The notes: generated by a model not told the origin, from the letters alone. 59,211 nt of DNA from a virus (IMGVR_UViG_3300042857_000012:1-59211); one strand, 5' to 3'; numbered from the stretch's first letter, positions 28,109 to 35,958 are shown. Program-made: numbers and translations.

Positions 28109-28650
28109 GCCGCCCCCTCCCCCGACTCCGCTGCGTATGCGCCCGCCGCGTCCGCGTGCCCACGCACGAGGCGAGCAGCGTCCACAGCATCCGCAACCCG
28201 ACCGGGCAACTCGTCCAGCCAGACGTTCCGATCCAGGGGGGTTGACAAAGGGATTACTCTGAACTCGGCGACGCGTCGCCGGGTGTGTAGGAAGAAGATC
28301 GAGGCGGCAATCAGCAGGCCCAGCCCGAGCCCGGTCACCAGCAGGCCCAGCGCCCACACCAGCGCACCCAGGCCAGCGGCCACGCCCATCACGCACAGTG
28401 CCCACGTTCGCGCTCGCCCGCTCCCGCGCTCGTCGCGTGGACGGGCGGGCGCTCCCATGTCCGCCACGCGCTCGTACGCCTGCGGCACGCGCTCGTCACG
28501 TGCCTGTGCGCGGGTGCGCCTGCGGGCGCGTAGCGCGCACGCGAGAAGCAGGAGAGCGGCGAGCGGGAAGGCGATGAAGCCGCCGTTGCCGAGGTACTGG
28601 GACGCGAGCAGGGGAGTGGCCACCGCGGCGATCCCGAACAGGACGTTCAC
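28105..28650 (-). CDS. 4-TM membrane protein coupled to the ATPase
   Basis: Two pairs of hydrophobic helices; GTGA and ATGA overlaps. Confidence 0.7.
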   Translation of the reverse strand: MNVLFGIAAVATPLLASQYLGNGGFIAFPLAALLLLACALRARRRTRAQARDERVPQAYERVADMGAPARPRDERGSGRARTWALCVMGVAAGLGALVWALGLLVTGLGLGLLIAASIFFLHTRRRVAEFRVIPLSTPLDRNVWLDELPGRVADAVDAARLVRGHADAAGAYAAESGEGAA

Positions 28651-29648
28651 CGGACCACCCGCAGGTTCTGGTGGGCTGCGGCCTGCCGGGCGGTGCGGAC
28701 CCGGCGCTTGGCCGTGGTCCGGCTCACCTTGAGCCGCTGGGCCAACTGGTCCTGGGTCAGCGCGGGCTCATCGCCGGTGAGGTAGTGGTCCACCAACTGG
28801 TCCTCGGTGAGCTGGTCCAGGTCCACCGGCTGGCCCATGGGCCGTGGCCCCTTGGCCTGGTCCAGTGGTCCACCGGCTGGTCCACCGTGGCCCTGTGGCC
28901 CCTGGTCCACGTGGTCCACCATGGTCCGGTCCACCGGTGGGCCATGGCCCACCTCGTGGTCCACCGGTCCACTGGTGTGGCCCACTGGTCCATGGCCGTG
29001 GTCTAGGGCCCGGGCGGGGAGCACTGTCGGGGCGCCGTCGGCCCCCCGCCCGGTGGACACGGCCGGAGGTGGGGCCGTCACAGCCGTGTCCGTTTCGGGC
29101 CGACCAGGGCGCGGGGAGTCAACACCCCGGTCGACGTCTTCGAGGGGGGCAGGGACAGCCGGGGACCCGACTGTCGTCAGCTGCCCCTGCCCGGGAGCGG
29201 TGTCGAGGGCAGGATCCTCGACAGCCGCGAGCTTCTTGGCCGAGCGGGTGGTCAGGTGGTGCAGGTGCGCGCCCAGCAGCGCGGCCGGGGCCGGCCAGAA
29301 GCCGATGGCGGTCCGCAGGTTCGGGCTGGGCGGGCCGGTCAACCCGGCGCCGGTCCGTAGGTGCATGGCCTGCACGGCGGCGGACATGCCGGTGCTCGCG
29401 ATGCAGACCAGCACGGCGTAGGTGCGGGACCAGCCTTTGAGGTTGATCGCGGCCCGGATGGCGACAGCACCGAGGCCGTCAGCGGCGAGGCTGTGGAGCC
29501 ACGCGAGGTAGGGCGGCCACCCGCAGGCGACGGCGACGGAGTACATGCCGACGGCGGTGAGCGCGGCGCCAGCGGCCAGCACGGCGGCGAGGGGCGCCTG
29601 CTTGATGCTGGCTCGCAGCCAGTGGCCGGCGGTGGTCCAGCGGCTCAC
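28647..29648 (-). CDS. DUF2637/Spd-like membrane protein with C-terminal HTH
   Basis: GAGGAGG RBS; A.ACGW..YLAW...AADG, four TMs, Pro-rich linker, TQDQLAQRLKVSRTTAKRR. Confidence 0.7.
   Translation of the reverse strand: MSRWTTAGHWLRASIKQAPLAAVLAAGAALTAVGMYSVAVACGWPPYLAWLHSLAADGLGAVAIRAAINLKGWSRTYAVLVCIASTGMSAAVQAMHLRTGAGLTGPPSPNLRTAIGFWPAPAALLGAHLHHLTTRSAKKLAAVEDPALDTAPGQGQLTTVGSPAVPAPLEDVDRGVDSPRPGRPETDTAVTAPPPAVSTGRGADGAPTVLPARALDHGHGPVGHTSGPVDHEVGHGPPVDRTMVDHVDQGPQGHGGPAGGPLDQAKGPRPMGQPVDLDQLTEDQLVDHYLTGDEPALTQDQLAQRLKVSRTTAKRRVRTARQAAAHQNLRVVR
28715..29003 (-). repeat. cluster of GTGGACCA-like direct repeats (clt-like)
   Basis: About a dozen GGTCCA copies plus TGGCCC/TGGTCC variants on + within ~290 bp. 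Confidence 0.8.
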
Positions 29649-29685
29649 TGTGTCCTCCTCCTGTCGACGTCGTGGTTGTGGCAGG

Positions 29686-29859
29686 TCAGCGGGGCGAGAA
29701 TCGGCCGCGCTTGGCGGCGACCTGCCGGATCACGGCCCGCATCTGGCCACGAGTGGTGGCGTGCTGGCCGCCCTTGAGCCGCTTACGGCGGTGATGGGCG
29801 TCTGCGGCTGCGGCGGCTGACCGTTCGCGCGGGGTCATCTGGGCCCAGGTTTTGCTCAC
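29686..29859 (-). CDS. 57-aa basic protein (MSKTWAQMTPRERS...)
   Basis: Not in the ORF track; AAGGAGG RBS. Confidence 0.6.
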   Translation of the reverse strand: MSKTWAQMTPRERSAAAAADAHHRRKRLKGGQHATTRGQMRAVIRQVAAKRGRFSPR

Positions 29860-29889
29860 CGTGTCCTCCTTCGTCGTGTGGTGGGTGGA

Positions 29890-30159
29890 TCAGGCAGCGC
29901 GGCGGAGTAGTCCCCGCCGACGGACCTGGCGGACGCGCTGGCCCTGGCCGCGCGCCCAGTCGGCCATCGGCTTGGTGACCAGCACCCACGGGCCGAGCAC
30001 GGAGCGCACCTGCCAGTTCCAGCCCTGCGAGGAGTCGGCGGCGACCTGCTCGGTGGTGGCGCCGTAGAAGCCGACTCGCTCGTAGGCGCTGGCGTCTGCG
30101 GCGCTGATGCGGGTGTGCAGCCTGGCGCCGTCGAACGCGACGTAGGTCTGCCGGGTCAC
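29890..30159 (-). CDS. hypothetical protein
   Basis: GTGA overlap. Confidence 0.55.
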   Translation of the reverse strand: MTRQTYVAFDGARLHTRISAADASAYERVGFYGATTEQVAADSSQGWNWQVRSVLGPWVLVTKPMADWARGQGQRVRQVRRRGLLRRAA

Positions 30160-30437
30160 TGGATCGCCAGCTTGTGCTTCGGGGTGTCGCCGAGCACCAC
30201 TGCTGCCGCGTGGTCGGCCTTCGTGAGCGTCTTCTGGTTCATCTCGCGAAGGAGGTACACGTGCGCCGGCGACTGCTTCCACAGCTCGATCAGGGACGCG
30301 GACACCTGGTCCTGGGTGTAGCGGCTGACCTTGCGGTGGCTGCGGATCTCAGTGAGGGGGACTGCGTCACCGGGGGCGGCGGCGAGCAGGCGGTAGGCGG
30401 TGACGATGTCGGTGATGCAGCCTGCGGTGCGTGGCAT
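30156..30437 (-). CDS. hypothetical (winged-helix-like) protein, first gene of the leftward operon
   Basis: GAGGGG RBS; VPLTEIR..V..L..E.NQKTLT.AD.AAAV.LG..KH.L.I. Confidence 0.65.
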   Translation of the reverse strand: MPRTAGCITDIVTAYRLLAAAPGDAVPLTEIRSHRKVSRYTQDQVSASLIELWKQSPAHVYLLREMNQKTLTKADHAAAVVLGDTPKHKLAIQ

Positions 30438-30459
30438 GTCTGGTGCCCCTCGGTAGTGA

Positions 30460-30514
30460 CTAAGTTGTGCTTAGCATGCTAACTTTTCCGCAGGGTGTCA
30501 AGCGACGCTAGGAT
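30460..30514. promoter_or_regulatory. divergent promoters with palindromic operator
   Basis: Minus strand TTGACA-17-CATGCT; TTAGCATGCTAA palindrome (30471-30482) over the -10; plus strand TAGGAT 6 nt before ATG 30521 (leaderless). Confidence 0.65.
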
Positions 30515-30520
30515 TCCGGC

Positions 30521-30868
30521 ATGAGCGCGCCGGGATCCCCACAGTGGGTAAGGAGCCTTGAGCGCGTGCGAGAGCTGATCGAGCAGGCGAAAGCCGCCGC
30601 TTACGCAGAGGACTGGACCACCGCGATCGCGGCTGCCCATGAGGCCGTCAAGCAGGCCACCGACGCCCGCAAGGCCGTCGTCAACCAAGCCCGGCTGATA
30701 GGGAAGATGAGCGGCGAGTCTGTCGGTCGCCTACTGACCACGGACAAGAAGCCCGAAGGCATCTCGTCAGAGGCCGTGATCCAGCAGTTCGGCCCCCTGC
30801 GAGCCATCGCCAGTGACGCCGGCCGGGCACAGTGGGAAGCTGAGCGTCAGCAGGACGACATGGTCTGA
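30521..30868 (+). CDS. HTH regulator divergent from the leftward operon
   Basis: AVVNQAR...MSGESVGRLL......ISSEAVIQQFG HTH pattern. Confidence 0.65.
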   Translation: MSAPGSPQWVRSLERVRELIEQAKAAAYAEDWTTAIAAAHEAVKQATDARKAVVNQARLIGKMSGESVGRLLTTDKKPEGISSEAVIQQFGPLRAIASDAGRAQWEAERQQDDMV

Positions 30869-30954
30869 CTCGTTCGGGCGAACTGGTCTCGACACGACAC
30901 GTGCACCACCCAGATCCCGGGATGATCCCCTCCGCACATCAAGGGGGAGTCCCG

Positions 30955-31482
30955 ATGGACTACGACCACACAGCCACACCACCGGATCCGGCCCGCCCGT
31001 GGCCGACACCCGCCCAACCCATCCCGCCGCGCAGTCCTCTCTGGCTCGCCGGGGTCGCCGTCGCGGTAGCGCTCGTCGCCGGCGGCCTCGTCGGCTACTT
31101 CCTGCCGCATCACCAGGGCGGCGCCAAGCCGCCGCCCACCAGTTCCACCAAGCCGGCGACCGTGAGTCTGGTCGGCACCCTGAAGGTCTCCGGCCACGGC
31201 AGCGGCGAACTGGACAGTCTCGGCGGCGGTAGCTGCCAGGGCAGCGGCGGGTACTCCGACATCACCGAAGGCGCACAGGTCGTCATCACCGACGACTCCG
31301 GTGCCACGCTGGCCATCACGCATCTGGAGCCTGGGTCCGGTGACCAGTTCTCCTGCGAGTTCCAGTTCCGGTCAGAGGTGCCTTCCGGGCGCGGGTACTA
31401 CGGGGTGCAGGTCTCCCACCGCGGCATCGTCAAGGAGCGCGAGGTGGATCTAGGGATTGTGGCGATCTCGCTCGGCGCCTGA
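30955..31482 (+). CDS. membrane-anchored exported protein
   Basis: GGGGAG RBS; Pro-rich N-term, TM, CQGSGGYSDI.EGAQVVITD..G domain. Confidence 0.75.
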   Translation: MDYDHTATPPDPARPWPTPAQPIPPRSPLWLAGVAVAVALVAGGLVGYFLPHHQGGAKPPPTSSTKPATVSLVGTLKVSGHGSGELDSLGGGSCQGSGGYSDITEGAQVVITDDSGATLAITHLEPGSGDQFSCEFQFRSEVPSGRGYYGVQVSHRGIVKEREVDLGIVAISLGA

Positions 31483-31497
31483 CCCACCCACGTGGAC

Positions 31498-31535
31498 GCG
31501 GCCCCACCCTCAGGCTTGGAGGGTGGGGCCGCTTT
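31498..31535. terminator. intrinsic terminator between convergent genes
   Basis: 14-bp perfect stem gcggccccaccctc/gagggtggggccgc followed by ttt. Confidence 0.8.
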
Positions 31536-31548
31536 GGCGTGAGGCGCG

Positions 31549-32112
31549 CTAGCTGGCTGTGCGCTGGACCGTGATGACCTTGCAGGTGGCGAGCTTGCCG
31601 GAGACCGACCCGACCAGGTCGGCGGTTGCGCGCTGGCCGCCCTCCACCGCCGAAGCCGACGCGAAGCCACTACCGATGTTCGTGCCGGCCGCGTCGAGGA
31701 ACGTCACGTCGATGAAGTAGTCGCTGCGGCCCGGGCTGTGGTTCACGATCGCGAGCTTGCCGGAGACCAGCCCGTAGCCGCCCGTGTCGGCGCAGCTGGT
31801 GAGCTTCACGTCCGCGCTGGCGTCCTCCGAGCCGTAGCCGCGGCCGACCGTGGTGGCCGGTGTCGGCTTCTTCGGCGCTGCAGCGGTGGCCTTGCTGGTG
31901 GTGGCTGGCGACCCGGCTGGCACGTTGGTCACGGGCTGCCCGCCGGCGGCCGGGTTTCTCGTCTCGCCGCCGCCGACGATCGCGGCGATCACGATCAGCA
32001 ACACAAACACGCCGAGCGTACTGAGCAAGACGTTCCGGACGATGTGCCGCTTCTTCGGTTGCAGCGGCTGTGGTGGTGGCCACCCGTAACCGGGTGGTGG
32101 TGGCATGGCCAT
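31549..32112 (-). CDS. membrane-anchored exported protein (FxLYD-like domain)
   Basis: PPPGYG..KKRH, TM, Thr/Ala linker, IVNHS..RSDYFIDVTFLDAAG. Confidence 0.75.
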   Translation of the reverse strand: MAMPPPPGYGWPPPQPLQPKKRHIVRNVLLSTLGVFVLLIVIAAIVGGGETRNPAAGGQPVTNVPAGSPATTSKATAAAPKKPTPATTVGRGYGSEDASADVKLTSCADTGGYGLVSGKLAIVNHSPGRSDYFIDVTFLDAAGTNIGSGFASASAVEGGQRATADLVGSVSGKLATCKVITVQRTAS

Positions 32113-32245
32113 GCTTGGGCCCCCTCGACGTTGTGCAAACCCGGGGGCAGTGTGGGGGGCAAACGCTGGCCGCGACCGGCATACGGGCATCACCCCGCCC
32201 GAACGAGTGACCCTGGGGCATGATCCGTTATCCACACCATACTTT

Positions 32246-32428
32246 TCGTACACGCGGTCGGGGGCACCTGCGCATACGCTGGTTCGTACAGCGGTCAGTA
32301 GTGAGATGCCTTACAAGCAGGGGGTCGCTGGTTCGAACCCAGCCGCGCCCACCAGCACGTCGTTGACCTGCGGATACACGCGTGCGTCACCCGGACGGGC
32401 CGAGCAAGTTACGTCGTACAGCGGTCAG
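32246..32428 (+). repeat. integrase arm-type repeats flanking the att core
   Basis: TCGTACAGCGGTCAG at 32284 and 32414, variant at 32246; ACCTGCGxATAC at 32266 and ~32367. Confidence 0.65.
32307..32354 (+). other. attP: attP common core = 3' half of tRNA-Val(TAC)
   Basis: tgc-cttacaa-gca anticodon arm, gctgg-ttcgaac-ccagc T-arm, acceptor strand with CCA; no 5' half; adjacent to the integrase. Confidence 0.88.
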
Positions 32429-32471
32429 CGACACCATAACCTCAGGAAGATCGTCGGCCTACAGTCCGACT

Positions 32472-33374
32472 GTGGACAGCACCTACGACCCGCTCATCCG
32501 CTCCTGGACCCTCTACCTCGCGGCCGCGAACAAGGCGCCAAAGACCATCGAGGCGTATGGGACCGCCGCCCGGCTGCTCGCCGCACATCTCGGTGCGCGA
32601 GGTAGGGGCGACGGGTGGGAGCACGTTGTAACGGCAGACGTACATCTGTTTCTGCAGGAGCAGCTGACCACACATGCCCCGTCGACCACGCACCAGCGGT
32701 ACCGCGGCTTGGTGCAGTGGTTCAAATGGCTGCTGGCCGAGGGTGAGATCAGACGGGACCCAATGACCGGCGTGGCCCCGCCCGAAGTCCCTGAACAGCC
32801 GGTCGACGTACCGGCCTCAGACGTTGTTGCAAAGCTCGTGCGCGGGCTCGCCGGCACGGATTTCGAGAGCCGCCGGGACCTGGCGATCTTTTCCCTATTG
32901 GTCGACACCGGAATGAGACGCGCCGAGATCGCCGGTATCGAGGTCGAACACCTGGACTTGGATCATCGCGAGGTCGAGGTTCTCGGCAAAGGGCGGCGGG
33001 CCCGCACGCTGCGGTACGGCCGGCAGACCGCGCTCGCGTTAGATCGGTACCTGCGGATCCGCGCGAAGCACCGCATGGCCGGCCGGCCTGAGTTATGGCT
33101 GGCCGTCAAGAACCGCCCACCGATGAAGGCCAACGGCATCTATCAGATGGTCCGCCGCCGTGGTGAGGCCGCAGGCTTGGACGGGCTGCACCCACACCAG
33201 CTGCGGCACCTGTTCGCCCATCTGTGGCTGGACAAGGGTGGCAGCGAGGGGCACTTGATGGCTATCGCGGGCTGGCGGTCACGGTCGATGGTGACCCGCT
33301 ATGCCGACTCTACGAGGGCCGCCCGCGCACGTGATGAAGCAGACCGGCTCGGAATCCTCGATCGGCTGACCTGA
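32472..33374 (+). CDS. int: tyrosine integrase
   Basis: APKTIEAY, DTGMRRAE, GKG, HPHQLRH.F, AGWRSRSMVTRY; TACAGT -10 just before GTG 32472. Confidence 0.93.
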   Translation: MDSTYDPLIRSWTLYLAAANKAPKTIEAYGTAARLLAAHLGARGRGDGWEHVVTADVHLFLQEQLTTHAPSTTHQRYRGLVQWFKWLLAEGEIRRDPMTGVAPPEVPEQPVDVPASDVVAKLVRGLAGTDFESRRDLAIFSLLVDTGMRRAEIAGIEVEHLDLDHREVEVLGKGRRARTLRYGRQTALALDRYLRIRAKHRMAGRPELWLAVKNRPPMKANGIYQMVRRRGEAAGLDGLHPHQLRHLFAHLWLDKGGSEGHLMAIAGWRSRSMVTRYADSTRAARARDEADRLGILDRLT

Positions 33375-33591
33375 TTACCCAGGTTGGGTGTCCGTCGGCC
33401 GAATGGCCTGCCACGAAATAGCGGGGCGTAATGACCTAGAGGTAGCCATAGTCCACAACGGGCTAACCCACAAGGGTGGCTGCAACACGAACGCCACATG
33501 ATCTATGTCCGGGGTGCACCATAGAGTCCGCAGGTGGCAGGATCGGGGGCCACGCGAACGTACGTTCGACGGGAGAGGGGCCCGGGTAGAG

Positions 33592-33792
33592 ATGGCGCGG
33601 TCACGGGGACCGATCGAGGTTAGGCGAACGCCCGTCCCCTTAGGTGGCGGGCCAGTCGCGTTGATCCAAGACAGCGAGCACGGCATCGTCGTAATCGAGG
33701 TCGATCACTCCTGTTCAACGCAGGTCGCAGAGGCACTTCAGATGGCCCTCGCTGAGCTACTTCTCGGCCTGCGGCCGGTCGACGGAGCCTGA
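33592..33792 (+). CDS. small hypothetical protein
   Basis: Globular-looking ORF convergent with the repressor; start uncertain. Confidence 0.45.
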   Translation: MARSRGPIEVRRTPVPLGGGPVALIQDSEHGIVVIEVDHSCSTQVAEALQMALAELLLGLRPVDGA

Positions 33793-34215
33793 CCGAACCT
33801 CGTCACGCAGCAGGAGCAACAGCTCGTCGTCCGTCAGGTCGTCCATCCACGAGGGCCGCGCTGTAGCGACAACCGTTACCGACACTTCGGCGCCTGAAGG
33901 TGTCGCGATCATCCGCGTGTGACTGGACAGCGGTACATGGTCGGCAGCCTCTTCGGCGAGCGGTTGCAGTGGTGTCCCGTCCAGGTATGCACGCGCGAGG
34001 CTGCCACGCACCAGGCGGAGGGCATCTTCCCAAGGAGTCTTGAACCGCGGGACCCGCTTGCCCGTCTCCGCATTGGTGACCGACGTCGGGTCGATCTCCA
34101 GGACCTTGGCCAGCCTGTCCCGCGTGACCCCAAGCTCGTCGCGACGTTGCCGCAGCCACTGTCCAACCTGCACGCGGCGCCCTTCGTCCACAGCGCCTGA
34201 TCTCACGATGACCAA
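33757..34215 (-). CDS. immunity repressor (XRE HTH)
   Basis: VGQWLRQRRDELGVTRDRLAKVLEIDPTSVTNAETGKRVP; divergent from cro. Confidence 0.85.
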   Translation of the reverse strand: MVIVRSGAVDEGRRVQVGQWLRQRRDELGVTRDRLAKVLEIDPTSVTNAETGKRVPRFKTPWEDALRLVRGSLARAYLDGTPLQPLAEEAADHVPLSSHTRMIATPSGAEVSVTVVATARPSWMDDLTDDELLLLLRDEVRSGSVDRPQAEK

Positions 34216-34238
34216 GCATCACGATTCTGTGGCCGGTT

Positions 34239-34353
34239 TGTCCACACGAGACACCGTCTCGGACCTAAGTTCCCTTATCTTCCTCACACCACAGCGTGAA
34301 CAGGGTTGACGGTTACCTCTAAGTTCCACTAAGTTCCACTCATGTCCACACGA
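34239..34353. promoter_or_regulatory. early lytic promoter and operators
   Basis: TTGACG(34306)-18-TAAGTT(34330), leaderless ATG 34342; CTAAGTTCC x3 (34265, 34319, 34329); TGTCCACACGA x2 (34239, 34343). Confidence 0.7.
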
Positions 34354-34569
34354 CAGAACGGCGCGGTGATCCGCCAGCTTCGCAAGGAGCGCGGCCTTCG
34401 CCTCGGCGGCCTTGCCGACATGGTGGAGCTAACGGCCAAGAGCCTGAACAACATCGAGGGCGGTCGGGCCCAGGCATCCGAAGTGGTCCTCTACCGCCTC
34501 GCGCGGGCACTGGACGTCGAGTACGACCGGTTGCTGACCGACGCATCTCAACCCGAGCGAGTCGCGTGA
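34342..34569 (+). CDS. Cro-like HTH protein
   Basis: NGAVIRQLRKERGL..LADMV..LNNIEGG..AS..LARALDV. Confidence 0.85.
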   Translation: MSTRQNGAVIRQLRKERGLRLGGLADMVELTAKSLNNIEGGRAQASEVVLYRLARALDVEYDRLLTDASQPERVA

Positions 34570-34826
34570 TGCCCGCGACACCAGAGCAACGCTCCCTCGC
34601 GGGCCGCATCGGCGCCCACTCCTCGTGGGCCAAGACCGCCGACCGTGCCGCGCGGACCGAGCCAGCCCGCCGGGCATCGCTCGCCCGCTTCGAGCAGCAG
34701 GTCGACCCCGACGGCGTGATGACTCCGGAGCAGCGAACCGCAGCTGCCGACAGCGCCCGCCGTGCGTACATGTCCCGCCTGTCGCTGCTCGCGGCACAGG
34801 CACGCCAGAACAACAACGCCGCCTGA
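34569..34826 (+). CDS. actinophage hypothetical protein
   Basis: RIGAHSSWAKT.DR.ART.PAR..FEQQVDPDG; TGATG overlap. Confidence 0.7.
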   Translation: MPATPEQRSLAGRIGAHSSWAKTADRAARTEPARRASLARFEQQVDPDGVMTPEQRTAAADSARRAYMSRLSLLAAQARQNNNAA

Positions 34827-34902
34827 CCCCAGACATGGTGCGGCGCCCCGCAGGGGTCCAGTCCCGCGAGGCGCCGTCTTAGAAGCTGCTGAAGGAGCTT
34901 CA

Positions 34903-35283
34903 GTGAACAGGATTCTAACGGACAAGCGTCACAACATCACGCGGGACCCGTCCCACACCAACCCGCTCGACGCCATCCCGCAGGTACTCACCTCCGCCGC
35001 CGAAGCCATCCAGACCCAGGGCCTGTGGCGCGGACGCAACACCGGCATCTCCGTCGTCGCCGCGATCTCCCAGTCCGCCCGCTCCATCTGCTCGCCGCGC
35101 TACGCCCGACCGGTTGAGCGCGCCGCCGAGATCGCCCTGATGCAGCACCTCGGCATCGACCCCGACGAGATGAGCCTGCCGGCCATCGCGGCGTGGGAGG
35201 ACAAGGCCTCCCAGGACGCCGTCGTGGCCGCACTCCGGGCAGCCACCGGGCGGGCCTCGAAGCTGTTCGCGGTGACGTCATGA
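34903..35283 (+). CDS. hypothetical protein (DUF6197-like), paralogue of 35955..36323
   Basis: AAGGAG RBS; L..AA..I...GLW.G...W.D....VVAALRAA. Confidence 0.6.
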   Translation: MNRILTDKRHNITRDPSHTNPLDAIPQVLTSAAEAIQTQGLWRGRNTGISVVAAISQSARSICSPRYARPVERAAEIALMQHLGIDPDEMSLPAIAAWEDKASQDAVVAALRAATGRASKLFAVTS

Positions 35284-35588
35284 GCACGCCGATCAGAGCC
35301 ACCCCGACCGCGTACACGGTCGCGCTCGACCTGACCGGCGCCCCGACGGTACCGATGCGCTACAGCCGGGTGCCGGGCCGCATGTTCCAGCCGTTCCACG
35401 TCGTCCTGGCCTACCGGCGACCGCTGTCGGGCAACGACTGGCAGGTCAGTGCCTCCCTGTACGGATGGCTGTGCCGCAAGGACGGCTCGGCTGGCGAGCA
35501 GCGGACTGACGACTCACTCAGCCGGGCCGAGTTCCCGGAGTGGCTGTCCGCGCTGGCTGGCAAGCACCACCCGGCGGGTGCCCGATGA
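35280..35588 (+). CDS. hypothetical protein
   Basis: ATGA overlaps. Confidence 0.55.
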   Translation: MSTPIRATPTAYTVALDLTGAPTVPMRYSRVPGRMFQPFHVVLAYRRPLSGNDWQVSASLYGWLCRKDGSAGEQRTDDSLSRAEFPEWLSALAGKHHPAGAR

Positions 35589-35776
35589 CCGCCCGCCACC
35601 GCATCCGCCGACGCGACCGTGCCGCGGGCGTCCAGTACCTCATCGCCAGCCAGGTCGCGATCCTCGCCGCCGAGTTGGCCGCTGCCGCCGAGCACGCCGC
35701 ACCCATCCCGCCCGGCGGCCCGCTGGCCCCCGTCGAACTCTCCGAGCACCTGAACCAGATCGGTGGTGCCTCGTGA
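35585..35776 (+). CDS. hypothetical protein
   Basis: 4-bp overlaps. Confidence 0.5.
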   Translation: MTARHRIRRRDRAAGVQYLIASQVAILAAELAAAAEHAAPIPPGGPLAPVELSEHLNQIGGAS

Positions 35777-35958
35777 ACGCCGCGCTGCACATCATCGAGG
35801 CCACCCGCGCCGACTACGTCGCCGGCCGCACCAGCCACGAGGACGCGGTCGCCGCCATCCAGGACGTCGGCTTCGGCCTCAACGCGACAACCGCGAACCT
35901 GCTCCTGAACAGCGGCACCCTCACCGACCAGTACCGCGCGACGGGTGGTGCGATGTGA
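35773..35958 (+). CDS. hypothetical protein
   Basis: GTGA overlaps. Confidence 0.5.
   Translation: MNAALHIIEATRADYVAGRTSHEDAVAAIQDVGFGLNATTANLLLNSGTLTDQYRATGGAM

Noticed and set aside
28715-29003. CRISPR array or DGR repeats
   Set aside because: Repeats are 6-8 bp and irregularly spaced; no cas or reverse transcriptase gene seen
17453-30868. Complete autonomous AICE or inovirus inserted in the phage
   Set aside because: No rolling-circle/RepSA/prim-pol Rep, relaxase or flanking direct repeats were recognised by eye; not excluded without a search
32281-32354. Complete tRNA gene or amber suppressor
   Set aside because: No 5' acceptor strand or D-arm, and the anticodon is TAC (Val); it is an att core
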